A DNA stretch of 64,000 bases. Source: an uncultured bacterium. GTDB taxonomy: Bacteria > Zixibacteria > MSB-5A5 > JAABVY01 > JAHJOQ01. Shown here piece by piece: positions 40,146 to 50,965 of this stretch. Location of the stretch: contig CBDUQR010000004.1 in NCBI GenBank assembly GCA_965369655.1, positions 1 through 64,000 of the forward strand. The letters run 5' to 3'. The translations under genes were made by a program, and so were the position numbers. Position 1 is the first letter of the stretch; each line of letters begins with the position of its first letter. A model generated the notes under the pieces. The model saw nothing but the letters and a program-made list of their open reading frames with translations. It ran no database searches and was not told the origin of the DNA.

Positions 40146-42782
40146 TCATGTCCGATGCAAATCCAGCAATGTGCGCATTTCAGGGTGACTTCGAAGCGGC
40201 GCCCATCGTGGGTGAAGCCTGATTTCTGCGATGGATAATGGCGACGGCATCGCGAGCAATTGTTCGACCAAATCCATTGCCTGCTCGTACTCCCCTATCC
40301 ACACATATACGAGGCAAAGATCGCGCATCAGATCGCTTCCCTTGTACGCATCCGTCGATACTGGGAGTTCACTCGTCGCTTCTCTACCAAGTCGGATGGC
40401 GTCGGCTTTTCTACCGAGTCCGGCCAGCGTTCTGGCAAGCGCCATCTTCGTCTCGGCTTGTTCCTCACCCGTATGCTCGAGTAGAAGCTCGGCTTCGAAG
40501 CATGCTCGCGCAGAATCATAGAATATCCGGCTATTTTCACGATCGCCGGAATAGAGATAGACCCTTCCAAAGTGAGAGTAGTATGAACCGCTGTCGGCGG
40601 CGGTTTTTAGATGATCGATTTGTCTTTCCTCACGGCGAAAAGCTGTTTCCCAATCTCCCACTGTCACATCAAGCTGCCACAACTCGTATCTTATATCGCT
40701 CGGATCAATCTTCCCGTAGCTGTCTTCGATCGTGATACGTGCTCGCACCGTATCACCCATGGAGAGTCCTTGTATCAACGCCTTTGTGCCCCATCCCCAT
40801 GCGAAATCCGGGTAAAGCGACAGGATGCGGTCGATCTCGTTGAGCGCTGCGTCGTATCGGCGCATATATGCGTTTGATATAACCAGGTTTGCCGACTTGG
40901 ATATCGAACGGGGATCGAGTGTCACGGCCTGTTGCAACAGGTCAAGAGTCTCATACCACTCGCCCTGTCGTCTCTTCACATAGGCTACTGCGCTCAGGAG
41001 CTCGCTGTTGCCCGGTTGGATGGCAAGCGCATGCGAGAACTCCTCAAGCGCGAGATCATAATCTCGACCAGCATAGTAATAACAATAGCCGAGCGCAAGA
41101 TGACCGTCCGCAAGAGTCGGATCGAGAATCAGCGCTCTGCCTGCTGCGACTCTGGCCTTTCCGATTCGCTCAGGCGTACGGTCTTTACAGGACCAGTAAA
41201 CGTAGGAATGCACTTGGGAAAGCCCGGCGTAGGCAAGTGCGTAACCCGGATCCAGTTCAATCGCTTTCTCAAACATCTCCTCAGCAAATTCAAACTCGTG
41301 GCGATCATCATATTCGAGCCCGCGGAGATAGAAATCGTGAGCCTCAATGTTGTCGGTCGGCCTGGATTCAAGCGCCTGGCGTTCAGGTTCGAGAATCGCG
41401 ATGTCAAGCGCTTCAGCTATCCTTTCCGCAATGTCCGACTGGACAACGAAGATTTCAGTCAGTTCTTTTTCGTAGCTTTCTGACCAGATATGTCGATCTT
41501 CATCCACCCTTATGAGCTGAGATGTAATCCTGACCCGGTCGACACTCGCAGTCTTATCCCAAAGGATAGACCCTTCGAGCACGTAATCCACACCAAGCTC
41601 TCCCGCTATTTCCGGTAAGGTCTTGTCCGAGTTTGTGTACGCACTGGCGCTTTTTCCAGAGGTTACTCCGAGGTCGATGAGGGTCGTGAGCTTTGATCTG
41701 ATCTCCTCCGTCATGCCTGCAGCGAAGTAGTCGTTTTCGGCCGGACCGAGGTTTTCGAATGGCAGTACCGCTATCATCATCCGGGAAAAAATCGTTTTGT
41801 CGGAATCGCTGCCGGAGAATTTGATAACCGCTATGATGGCTGCAATGGCGAGCAGAGTGACACCGATCAGCAGGTACTTCGGCACCCGAATCGTCCCATT
41901 GGACAAGGCTTCAGGCTCCTGTGATCCCTTTAGCCGCTTCAGATCGGCAACGACGTCGGATGCAGTCTGATATCGCAGGGAAGAATCCTTGTCGAGCAGT
42001 TTTGTGATGATCCTCTGAAGTTTATCTGACGCTCTTCTCGTGTATTTCGCCAGAGGCTCCGGGTCATCGCTGAGAATCGAGTACATAGTTGCCTGATCGG
42101 AATCCCTCATGAATGGCGACTTGCCGGTGGTCATTTCATACATCAATACGCCCAGCGAGAACAGATCCGACCGCTCGTCAGTCTGTCCCGGCTTGATCTG
42201 TTCCGGCGACATATAACCGGTCGTGCCGAACATGGAGCCGGTCTTAGTCAGTTTCTCCGAACCCTTGACGGCTGCAAGTCCAAAGTCGAGCAGTATCGGA
42301 CGCCCGTTTGTGTCAACAATGATGTTGGATGGCTTGATATCCCGATGCAGCACTCCTGCACTATGAGCCTCATGCAGACCCTCACAGATCTGTGTCGAGA
42401 GATCGATGACTTCGTTCTGAGTAAGTTCTCCCTGCTCGATGATGTCCGCCAGTGACTGACCAGTAACATGCCGCATTGCGAAGAAGGGTCGATTTTCATG
42501 CTCGCCGACCTCATGGATTGTCACGATATTCGGATGATCCAGTTTGGCCGCAGCCTGTGCCTCACGCTTGAAGCGAGACCTGTATTCTTCATCCTGGCAG
42601 AGGATTGACGAGAGGAACTTCAGGGCAACCTGTCTGTCTAGGCCGATGTCATCGGCAAGGAAAACCTCACCCATCCCGCCTGATCCGATTTTCTCTACAA
42701 TCCTGTAGTGCGATACGACTGTACCGGCTGCAAGGATTCGATGTGATTCCGTCTGGTCATCCCTACGATGGTCAGAAGCCAT
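40146..42782 (-). CDS. Hanks-type Ser/Thr kinase with TM, TolB-N-like and TPR domains
   Basis: IGSGGMGEV, VALK, HRDIKPSN, DFGLA, GYMSPEQ; IAVLPFENL; TPRs. Confidence 0.93.
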   Translation of the reverse strand: MASDHRRDDQTESHRILAAGTVVSHYRIVEKIGSGGMGEVFLADDIGLDRQVALKFLSSILCQDEEYRSRFKREAQAAAKLDHPNIVTIHEVGEHENRPFFAMRHVTGQSLADIIEQGELTQNEVIDLSTQICEGLHEAHSAGVLHRDIKPSNIIVDTNGRPILLDFGLAAVKGSEKLTKTGSMFGTTGYMSPEQIKPGQTDERSDLFSLGVLMYEMTTGKSPFMRDSDQATMYSILSDDPEPLAKYTRRASDKLQRIITKLLDKDSSLRYQTASDVVADLKRLKGSQEPEALSNGTIRVPKYLLIGVTLLAIAAIIAVIKFSGSDSDKTIFSRMMIAVLPFENLGPAENDYFAAGMTEEIRSKLTTLIDLGVTSGKSASAYTNSDKTLPEIAGELGVDYVLEGSILWDKTASVDRVRITSQLIRVDEDRHIWSESYEKELTEIFVVQSDIAERIAEALDIAILEPERQALESRPTDNIEAHDFYLRGLEYDDRHEFEFAEEMFEKAIELDPGYALAYAGLSQVHSYVYWSCKDRTPERIGKARVAAGRALILDPTLADGHLALGYCYYYAGRDYDLALEEFSHALAIQPGNSELLSAVAYVKRRQGEWYETLDLLQQAVTLDPRSISKSANLVISNAYMRRYDAALNEIDRILSLYPDFAWGWGTKALIQGLSMGDTVRARITIEDSYGKIDPSDIRYELWQLDVTVGDWETAFRREERQIDHLKTAADSGSYYSHFGRVYLYSGDRENSRIFYDSARACFEAELLLEHTGEEQAETKMALARTLAGLGRKADAIRLGREATSELPVSTDAYKGSDLMRDLCLVYVWIGEYEQAMDLVEQLLAMPSPLSIAEIRLHPRWAPLRSHPEMRTLLDLHRT

Positions 42783-43058
42783 CAGACCGCTCCCGGATTA
42801 TGAACAGAAAATGCGCATAGTTGTCGATCGGACTCAATATATGTCGATCACAAATCACTATCAACAGCAAACTGTAGCACAATGGTGACACTTAGTGTGC
42901 CAGATACAGTTATCGGCTGAAACACCCGCTTGTCTGAAGCGGTTCAATGTTGTATTGTTGTCGATTGTGATAGCGGAGGAACACATAGAGAGAGGTTCTC
43001 AAAAGCTATTGATGGACAAGTTTGCTGTGGGAAGGATAAGATTGTCGTCGGGAATCGT

Positions 43059-43209
43059 ATGGCAAAACCCTTTAGCGGTTCTGCCATCCTATCAAGACGA
43101 CTGAACCACTCCGTTTCACTACCCTTCGCAGGGCTCAGGACTTCGCGGGTTCATCCCTACTCGACTATTAAGACCCCACTCGCCGCTAAACTCTGAGTGG
43201 GCTACGGAA
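43059..43209. repeat. REP-like hairpin cluster
   Basis: ATGGCAAAACC..GGTTCTGCCAT, module 43122-43141, GGGCTAC hairpin 43175-43205. Confidence 0.65.
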
Positions 43210-43415
43210 TCTGCTCGACTACCTCCGACAGATTGAGCTTGACACAATGGTCTGCAATCGAATTATTTATCAAAGCTATAATCGTGCGCTTGAGTACGTT
43301 CCGGAAGCCTGCTAAGAGTAAGGACTAAACTATGATTGCCAAGTATGTGATTGCTTGGCATTGGCCGGGGGGAATTCAATTTCCAGAATCTACAGGGTGA
43401 TCGGGAGGTGAGAGA

Positions 43416-44075
43416 ATGCTAAGAAGATCACATGTGATATGCGCGCTGTTGCCTGTCAGGAAATGCCCTGTATTAGGTCGCACTAACCGTCTGAGGGTTG
43501 TCTCGGTATGTGTCATATATCTCTTCCTTTGTTCCATTTATGGCACTGTCGCGTGTGCTCAATCTGATCATCCCAAGAGCAACCTGCATGCAGGTCTAGG
43601 ACTAATGACAAGTCCCAAGCTATATGATGAATGTCGTGCAGGTGGGTGGCTCAATGTCGAAACTGGCCTCACCTTGAGTTTTTCGAAGAATATATCTCTC
43701 CTTCCCAGATTATGTATTCTATCTAACCAATCTTATAGAATTCGATTTGCGATCATTCCTGAAATCGGGACGCGTTTCAGCATTCCCTTGGGCCCAGATG
43801 CTGTTTTCTGCGGTGTACAAGTCGGGGTGGTGTTACACCAAGGAGAATTGAATCGATTGGAACTGGTTTCGGGCGGTCTCTCGTTCTGCGCAGGTATGGG
43901 TTGTTCTTGTCTTGATTTCTGCGAGTTTGAGATGTTTTGTCGCCATATGCCATTGAAAAATGTTGGTCAAAATTCTGATCATGTTCCCTGGGGCAACGCA
44001 TTGCCAACATCTGAAACTTCTAACTTTGGTGACTTTGGATTTGTGGTTCGATTCCTATTGCCGTTACAACTCTGA
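43416..44075 (+). CDS. Hypothetical accessory protein (possible small outer-membrane beta-barrel)
   Basis: GGAGG RBS, signal-like segment, alternating beta strands; AT-rich. Confidence 0.5.
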   Translation: MLRRSHVICALLPVRKCPVLGRTNRLRVVSVCVIYLFLCSIYGTVACAQSDHPKSNLHAGLGLMTSPKLYDECRAGGWLNVETGLTLSFSKNISLLPRLCILSNQSYRIRFAIIPEIGTRFSIPLGPDAVFCGVQVGVVLHQGELNRLELVSGGLSFCAGMGCSCLDFCEFEMFCRHMPLKNVGQNSDHVPWGNALPTSETSNFGDFGFVVRFLLPLQL

Positions 44076-44096
44076 TCGTAATCTCTTTTTCGTTGA

Positions 44097-44442
44097 GTCG
44101 GGTCTTGGTCGCACGGAGCGTGAGTGTGACCTGACACGTTCTGCAATCGATTCCATTATCCGGCAGTTCACACGCCCGCCTCCGGCGAACGCAAGAACTG
44201 CCGGAACGGATACACCCGCCGTTGCACTCTGGGTGGGCTACGGAATATGAAGATGGGGCAAACGAGAAGAGGTTGTCTTATAAGTCCTGGTCTTCAGTAG
44301 GTCGGCGTTCCGCAGCAGGCGAAGCCTGCAAGAAACCCGACTCTCGGATAACAAGATAGAAGTGTCGCGTTTCTCACCCCGCACCGCGGGGTTCGGAACA
44401 CGACCTACTTCTGAGATGGCCTCAGGACGTCTGTCGCCCACA
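44097..44442. repeat. Cluster of at least five different hairpin repeats
   Basis: Relatives of 148-192, 21259-21303 and 43175-43205, plus a GTAGGTCG...CGACCTAC inverted pair and GGACGTCTGTCGCCCAC. Confidence 0.7.
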
Positions 44443-44449
44443 AAAAGAA

Positions 44450-45340
44450 TCATGGATGCGTTCGTTTCAAACGCAGTTTGTTCGAGGGCAACGCCGAGAC
44501 TATCATCGCGATCACGATCAGCGAGCCGCCAAGAATGTGGGCTGCGGCGACTTGTTCACCGCCGACAGTCCATGCGAACAGCGCCGCAAAGACAGGTTCC
44601 AGCGCGAATATCAGCGAGACGCGTACCGCCGCTACGATACGCTGCGCCGTCATCTGGATCACGAATGCTGAGAGTGTCGGAAATATCGCGAGGAACAGAA
44701 CAGCGCCGACTGTCTCAGTTGTGCCGACATTGAACGACAAACCGAATGTCACCCCGCAGATCAAACTCGCTACCCCCACGAAAAGAAATTGCTGGAATGC
44801 TAACACATACGGATTGATACCGCGCTTTGCATACCTGTCGACCAGCAATATGTGAATGGCGTATGTCATCGCGGTGATCAATGTCAGGAGATCGCCACGG
44901 TTGGCATGGACGAGTCCTCCTGTCAGGAACCACAACCCGGCCAGCGAGAATAGCACCGCACCGCTGTCTTTGAGCGATGGTTTCCTTCTGAACAGGAGCA
45001 ATGAGAATACCGGCACGAATGCGACGAACAGCCCTGTGATGAATGCCGAGTTGGATGCGGTCGTGAACTTGAGTCCGATCGTCTGAGGAACATAAAGAAG
45101 CCATAGAAAAAATCCGAGCAGGAAACCTGTTCCGAGATTGGGGAAAAGAGGTATCCGTTTCGCTTTCAGAAACGCAGCGAGGACGATCGCAGCGAATGTG
45201 AACCTGTATCCGACAAGGATGACTGGGTCTATGTGGTCAAGGCTCGCCTTGACGATGACGAATGTCGATCCCCAGATCGCCGCGGCATATACTAGGCCGA
45301 CATGCGACAGGACATTCGATGCTTTGCGCTCTCCAACCAT
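44450..45340 (-). CDS. DMT/EamA-family transporter
   Basis: IWGSTF, two EamA repeats, ALEPVFA. Confidence 0.92.
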   Translation of the reverse strand: MVGERKASNVLSHVGLVYAAAIWGSTFVIVKASLDHIDPVILVGYRFTFAAIVLAAFLKAKRIPLFPNLGTGFLLGFFLWLLYVPQTIGLKFTTASNSAFITGLFVAFVPVFSLLLFRRKPSLKDSGAVLFSLAGLWFLTGGLVHANRGDLLTLITAMTYAIHILLVDRYAKRGINPYVLAFQQFLFVGVASLICGVTFGLSFNVGTTETVGAVLFLAIFPTLSAFVIQMTAQRIVAAVRVSLIFALEPVFAALFAWTVGGEQVAAAHILGGSLIVIAMIVSALPSNKLRLKRTHP

Positions 45341-45372
45341 CAGTCCATACTCACCGGATATGCTGATCGCGA

Positions 45373-47127
45373 CTAACGCAGCATCAGCACTCCGTAGCTG
45401 TTCGGGTTGTAGTCAATCGGCGTCTGCCAGTCGGCGGCGGTTTTGAGCCTCGCCTGCTTGCGGCGGAAATTGATGCCCCACTTCATGCCCGACTCGGTCT
45501 TCGCTTTCAGGTGCATGAGCGGGATGGCCGCTTCGATAGACCAGAATGAATCGCCGTGGTGCGTTTTGATCGCATATTCGCTGTCCCAGTGCGGGTCGTA
45601 GTCGGTGTACCCATCGTATCCGACTTCGAGCTTCTGGTCGAACACATGTCCGAGAGGGTTGATGTAGACCTGGTACGCGATACCCTGATCGATGTCGGGC
45701 TGGATGAAGTACCCTACGCAGTCATCGGCGTAGACCGCTCCGTCGTGACGCTGAACTTTGGCAGCAAGCGAATCCATCACAGACTCCTCACAGTATGCCG
45801 CGAGATAGAGGTAGTTGCTGTCGTAGGCGAAATAGAATTTCACCGGTTCGGTCTGCATCTCGCCGCCGCCGGGATAGAAAAACACAGTCTCAGGATCGCT
45901 CCAGATATCTTCGGTTATGTGTCCGTCGATAGTGATAGACTTAGCGCCATAATAGCAGTTGGCGACACGAGCCACGCGAATCTGTCGCTGGACCTCGCAG
46001 GTCTTGCCGTCGGCGTATGGATACCTCGTGTCGAGTCGCGGGAGAGGATACAGATCGCCGCTGTTCATGCATGAAAAACTCAGAATCTTCTCGGCTCCGG
46101 CGTCGATTGAATATGGCAGCATTGCAGGTTCGACAGTCCAGTTGTCCGGACAATCCCATCGGATTGTGTCTTCGATGGGAACGTTGTCGTTTAGGTTCGC
46201 AATGCGAATCTCGATCTGTTGTTCGGTCGGTTTAAGATCATCGCCTATTGGTAACGCATTGTCGACATTCGCTCCCTTGAACTGAATCTGATTGATGAAC
46301 TTGAGTTCCGCGACTGTCAGATCATCCCAGGATCGCGCGCCTTCGAGAGTTATCGGAGTGATGTTCAATTCGTCAGCCGTGACAGTCACCCACGCGAAGT
46401 GATAGTGCATTCCGGTCGGGCTGATCTCTGCCGCGCCACCCGAGCTGCCGATGTTGGTGTAGGTGATCCCGTCGAATTCGCCGCTGAAATACCTGTGGAA
46501 ATGCCCAGAGAATACAGCCTCGACGCCGTATTTGACGAACAGGCTGTGAAGAGTATCGGGCTTGCCCTCCGCAACAGTGTCGAACCAGAACGGCTTGTGC
46601 ATGAAGACAAATATGTGGTTCGCACTGCTGTTGCGAGCAAGGTCACTGTTCAGACGCGCAAGCTGCTCCGACGAGAAATCCTCCGTAGTGTTGTAGCAGC
46701 TATTGTCCAGAATGATAATATGCAGATCCTTGAAGTCAAACGAATGGAACGGCCTGCCTACATGATTGATGTAGAACTGACGGCTCATATCGCTCCAGAT
46801 GTCGTGGTTGCCGGGAGTGAAATACAGAGGCATCGACAATGGGGCAACAATCGAGTCATATTCGCGCAATTCTGCGATCATTATGGTCGTGTCATCGACA
46901 TACCCTTCTACCTGGTCTCCGACTGTGATTGCGAAATCGGGCTTCATCCGCTCGATTCGCTCGATGATCCTGCCATAGATACCGGGCACATGGCCGCCGG
47001 TGCGGTCGCCGATTATGGCAAACCTGATGATATCGCCGGTCGTATCCTCATCAGCATGCAAGTCTGCTAAGCCCATACTGATTAAGACTAAGGCCACCAG
47101 ACAAATGAAAGAAATGATCCGTTTCAT
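45373..47127 (-). CDS. Secreted calcineurin-like metallophosphoesterase with C-terminal CBM9-like domain
   Basis: IIGD, VGD, PGNHD, HKP, SGHFH; IDG..E..W ... DDCVGYFI ... WSIEAAIP. Confidence 0.82.
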   Translation of the reverse strand: MKRIISFICLVALVLISMGLADLHADEDTTGDIIRFAIIGDRTGGHVPGIYGRIIERIERMKPDFAITVGDQVEGYVDDTTIMIAELREYDSIVAPLSMPLYFTPGNHDIWSDMSRQFYINHVGRPFHSFDFKDLHIIILDNSCYNTTEDFSSEQLARLNSDLARNSSANHIFVFMHKPFWFDTVAEGKPDTLHSLFVKYGVEAVFSGHFHRYFSGEFDGITYTNIGSSGGAAEISPTGMHYHFAWVTVTADELNITPITLEGARSWDDLTVAELKFINQIQFKGANVDNALPIGDDLKPTEQQIEIRIANLNDNVPIEDTIRWDCPDNWTVEPAMLPYSIDAGAEKILSFSCMNSGDLYPLPRLDTRYPYADGKTCEVQRQIRVARVANCYYGAKSITIDGHITEDIWSDPETVFFYPGGGEMQTEPVKFYFAYDSNYLYLAAYCEESVMDSLAAKVQRHDGAVYADDCVGYFIQPDIDQGIAYQVYINPLGHVFDQKLEVGYDGYTDYDPHWDSEYAIKTHHGDSFWSIEAAIPLMHLKAKTESGMKWGINFRRKQARLKTAADWQTPIDYNPNSYGVLMLR

Positions 47128-47156
47128 ATCTGCTCTCCCTGCAAAAACGTTAAATC

Positions 47157-48554
47157 TCATTTCAGGTTATCGAAGAATGGTTGTAGCTGTGATGCCTCGG
47201 GTTTGCGTGTCACGAGGCTCACTACCACCAGACAGAATAGCGAAATCCCGAGCGCGGGATAAACAGTTGGGACGTCCCACGGTTGACTGAGTATCTCCCA
47301 GAGGAGCGTCACGATCATGCCTGATCCCATCGAGCATACGCCACCTGCGGCTGTGGCTCGTTTCCAGAAAAACGCTGCCATGACGACCGGCGTGATCCCG
47401 ACGCCGTACATAGTGTATGCGTAGATCGCCATCTCCAGTACTTTCTCGAAGAATGTCACCTGCACGAATGCGAACAGTCCGAGCGCCACCACCACGATGC
47501 GCGAGTAGACGAGTATCCGTTTCTGTGATGCTTGCGGGTTGATGAATCGCTGGTAGATGTCGCGTATGAGATTCGTCGATGGTACGAGCAGAAACGAGTC
47601 AGCGGTCGAGACGATCACGGCGACTATCGCCGCAAGGCAGAGGCATCCGATTGCGACCGGAAGCGCGTCTCTGACGGAATAGAGAATCACCATCTCGGAA
47701 TTGATGTCCGTGAACATCGACCTGCCGATGATCGCTATGACAACGATCAGCGTCTCGATTATAATCGTACCAGCGAGCCATCCCAACACGGATCGCTTCG
47801 CCGCCTTTTCGTCTTTTGCGGAGAAAAACCGCTGATACATTCCCGACTCACCGAGCAGCAGAAGCATGGTCGGCAGCGAGTAGCCGAGAGCTTCGAGCAG
47901 CGACATCTCGCCGAGCACCTGCAGATGCATGTCCGGGAGTCGGTCTGCAATCGAACTGATACCGCCCGCATCGGAGATCAGGAACGGTAGCGCTATGAAA
48001 AGTCCGATTGTCATGATGATACCATTCACGACATCAGTGTAGACAACTGATATCAGCCCTGCCAGCACTGTGTATCCGATCACGAAAACGGCTGTGATGA
48101 TAATCCCTGTCTCGACCGGAATGCCGGTGATAAGATTCAGCACCATGCCGCCTGCGCGGAACTGGTATGATACGATTGCGGTGTATGCGACGACAGTGAC
48201 TATCGTGCCGAGAAGGCGTGCGTGTTTGTTGTAACGAAGTTCGAGAAGGTCCGGGACTGTGTATTGCGCGAGTTTGCGCGCGCGGCCTGCTATCAGGTAG
48301 AGTACGATAAGCGCGACCCAGACGCCTGCGTCGAACCAGAGCGCGGGGAATCCCTTGTCGTACGCGAGACCTGCACTCGCGATGATCGATCCGGAGCCGA
48401 TCCAGGTGGCGAGAAGTGTACCGACGAGAACTTTCGCCGAGAGGTTCCGCCCCGCGACCATGAAGTCATCCTGTGTCCTGACGCGCCTGCTCCGCCAGGC
48501 TCCGACGAGGATGAGAATCGCAAGATATGAGATGATTACCCAGAAATAGGTCAT
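47157..48554 (-). CDS. Sodium:solute symporter (SSS) family protein
   Basis: DFMVAGR, ATWIG, YTDVVNG, YQRFFSAK, STADS. Confidence 0.92.
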   Translation of the reverse strand: MTYFWVIISYLAILILVGAWRSRRVRTQDDFMVAGRNLSAKVLVGTLLATWIGSGSIIASAGLAYDKGFPALWFDAGVWVALIVLYLIAGRARKLAQYTVPDLLELRYNKHARLLGTIVTVVAYTAIVSYQFRAGGMVLNLITGIPVETGIIITAVFVIGYTVLAGLISVVYTDVVNGIIMTIGLFIALPFLISDAGGISSIADRLPDMHLQVLGEMSLLEALGYSLPTMLLLLGESGMYQRFFSAKDEKAAKRSVLGWLAGTIIIETLIVVIAIIGRSMFTDINSEMVILYSVRDALPVAIGCLCLAAIVAVIVSTADSFLLVPSTNLIRDIYQRFINPQASQKRILVYSRIVVVALGLFAFVQVTFFEKVLEMAIYAYTMYGVGITPVVMAAFFWKRATAAGGVCSMGSGMIVTLLWEILSQPWDVPTVYPALGISLFCLVVVSLVTRKPEASQLQPFFDNLK

Positions 48555-48630
48555 ACGCAGACATATAATGCGGATATGTCTGTTTTGTCAATCGGCTTGT
48601 CACGTGAGACTTCGCTGGAACGCGTCAGAA

Positions 48631-49380
48631 TCAGCGGACACATCCCGGCAATGGGGCTGGCCCATTTCCAAAGATGAACTCAATCAGATATACGACGTCG
48701 TCAATATCTATCCCACAGCTCTGATCTGTATCACCGCTGTTCAAGTCCCAGGGCGGACATCCACCCGCAAAGATATAATTGATCAGGTAGACTACATCGT
48801 CAATGTCAACTGAGGATGATGCGTCCACATCACCAGGTATCACCATGATGGTGTCAGGAGCAACGAACTGCGTGTCAAGCTCCTGATATGTTGGAGCCCA
48901 TCCATTATACATGCTAAAGAATTCAAAGCCTGTTGGGTTACCAACTATAGAGCCACCGAATGTCATTGACAATGAGTCTTTCATTTCGCATTCAAATATA
49001 AGTTTTGCGAGGATACCGTCAAAAGGTGTAAGACAGCCAAATAACCCTGCGCCTATGCCGGCATAACAATGTTGGTCTGACTCGTCAATATCGAAAAACA
49101 CAGTGAATTCACTGTCAGGACCGCTCGGATAGAATAGGATTGTGTCAAGCCGGTTCGAACCTGTCCATGTAAACTCAAAATGAACTATTTGTGCCCAATC
49201 GTCCGAAAAGACGCGAAGGGGGATCAAACGTTTCAGGTTCTGACTGCAGCCGTCAGGTTGGTATTCCGGCTCGAGGAAGTAGGCAGAATCCGGCACTCCC
49301 CAATCCTGCGCCATGACTGGCATCACTACACAAGTCAATGCCAGTGCGACAACTATACACAGAAGTAATAATGTTCTCAT
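48631..49380 (-). CDS. Secreted cohesin-like + dockerin protein, paralog 4 of the array
   Basis: GGAGGTG RBS, signal peptide, duplicated GDxD..DIDDVVYL, ends PLPGCVR. Confidence 0.85.
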   Translation of the reverse strand: MRTLLLLCIVVALALTCVVMPVMAQDWGVPDSAYFLEPEYQPDGCSQNLKRLIPLRVFSDDWAQIVHFEFTWTGSNRLDTILFYPSGPDSEFTVFFDIDESDQHCYAGIGAGLFGCLTPFDGILAKLIFECEMKDSLSMTFGGSIVGNPTGFEFFSMYNGWAPTYQELDTQFVAPDTIMVIPGDVDASSSVDIDDVVYLINYIFAGGCPPWDLNSGDTDQSCGIDIDDVVYLIEFIFGNGPAPLPGCVR

Positions 49381-49415
49381 TAAGACACCTCCAACGAACA
49401 CTGAACTGAGTAAAT

Positions 49416-50153
49416 TCAACGGACACATCCCGGCAACGGTGCTGGTCCGCCTCCAAAGATGAACTCTATCAGATATACAACGTCGTCAATATCTATCCCG
49501 CAGCTCTGATCTGTATCACCGCTGTTCAAGTCCCAGGGTGGGCATCCACCTGCGAAAATGTACATGATCAAGTAAACAACGTCATCGATATCAACATCAT
49601 CGAGCCCGTTCGCATTACCGGAAGAAACCATTATAGTATCAGGAGTGATAAACATCGTATCGAGATGACAGTATCCGGGTTCCCATTCTGTCCAATCCGT
49701 CAAAATGAAACCATTCGACACGCGATTCAGCCAAAGAGTGTCACCCAAACCAGTTCGAAATACCAATTCTGCTATGATGCCCTGACTCGGAGGAAAGGAA
49801 GGGGGGTCAACTCTTGCTATCCCACCATAGAAATATCTGTCATCGTTGTCGATATTAGCTACCTGTGTGAATGGAGTGTCGGGAAAAGGTGGGTAGAACA
49901 ACACGGTGTCGAGCAGATCAGATCCCTCCCACGTGAATTCAAGTTGCATCAACCAAGTATGCTCGTCTGCAAAAAGATGGAGCGGCATAATTCGTTTGAT
50001 ATCCCCGCTGCATCCATCCGGTTCATATCGTGGCTCCAGGAAATAGACCGAGTCAGGTATGCCAGGATCTATGCCATCCAGTGCATAAACTGGCCTTACT
50101 GCACCAGTCAATGCCAATGCCACAACCGCACACAGAAGTAATGACGTTCTCAT
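49416..50153 (-). CDS. Secreted cohesin-like + dockerin protein, paralog 3
   Basis: Same architecture; start reassigned to MRTSLLL after GGAGG. Confidence 0.85.
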   Translation of the reverse strand: MRTSLLLCAVVALALTGAVRPVYALDGIDPGIPDSVYFLEPRYEPDGCSGDIKRIMPLHLFADEHTWLMQLEFTWEGSDLLDTVLFYPPFPDTPFTQVANIDNDDRYFYGGIARVDPPSFPPSQGIIAELVFRTGLGDTLWLNRVSNGFILTDWTEWEPGYCHLDTMFITPDTIMVSSGNANGLDDVDIDDVVYLIMYIFAGGCPPWDLNSGDTDQSCGIDIDDVVYLIEFIFGGGPAPLPGCVR

Positions 50154-50187
50154 TCGACACCTCCTGCAGATATGAAATGGCTCACAT

Positions 50188-50931
50188 TTAGCGAACACAT
50201 CCCGGTAACGGAGCAGGTCCGCCTCCAAAGATATACGTTATCAGATATACAACATCGTCAATATCTATCCCGCAGCTGGCATCGACATCGCCACTGTTCA
50301 GATCCCACGGAGGGCATCCACCTGCAAAGATGTACATAAGAAGATATACCACATCATCGATATCCACGTCGGTTGAAGCGTCAGCGTCACCTGCAGAAAT
50401 CAGGATGGTGTCAGGAGCAACGAACTGCGTGTCAAGCTCCTGATATGTTGGAGCCCATCCATTATACATGCTAAAGAATTCAAAGCCTGTTGGGTTACCA
50501 ACTATAGAGCCACCGAATGTCATTGACAATGAGTCTTTCATTTCGCATTCAAATATAAGTTTTGCGAGGATACCGTCAAAAGGTGTAAGACAGCCAAATA
50601 ACCCTGCGCCTATGCCGGCATAACAATGTTGGTCTGACTCGTCAATATCGAAAAACACAGTGAATTCACTGTCAGGACCGCTCGGATAGAATAGGATTGT
50701 GTCAAGCCGATTCGAACCCGTCCATGTAAACTCAAAATGAACTGCTTGTGCGCAATCGTCCGAAAAGACGCGAAGGGGGATCAAACGTTTCAGGTTCTGA
50801 CTGCAACCGTCAGGTTCGTATCTGGGCTCAAGGAAATAGACAGAATCTGGCTCTCCCCAGTCCTGCGCCCTTGCAGGCATTGCTACACTAGTCAATGCCA
50901 CAACTAAACTAAGAAGTAAAGACATTCTCAT
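50188..50931 (-). CDS. Secreted cohesin-like + dockerin protein, paralog 2
   Basis: Same architecture; start MRMSLLL after GGAGG. Confidence 0.85.
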   Translation of the reverse strand: MRMSLLLSLVVALTSVAMPARAQDWGEPDSVYFLEPRYEPDGCSQNLKRLIPLRVFSDDCAQAVHFEFTWTGSNRLDTILFYPSGPDSEFTVFFDIDESDQHCYAGIGAGLFGCLTPFDGILAKLIFECEMKDSLSMTFGGSIVGNPTGFEFFSMYNGWAPTYQELDTQFVAPDTILISAGDADASTDVDIDDVVYLLMYIFAGGCPPWDLNSGDVDASCGIDIDDVVYLITYIFGGGPAPLPGCVR

Positions 50932-50965
50932 TCGACACCTCCCGTGAACACGAAACGGATCAAGT

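Noticed and set aside
43059-44442. Integron attC sites
   Set aside because: The hairpins lack paired RYYYAAC/GTTRRRY boxes and no integrase is present
48847-50816. DGR template/variable repeat pair
   Set aside because: Both copies are inside paralogous ORFs, mismatches are few and not adenine-specific, and no reverse transcriptase is present
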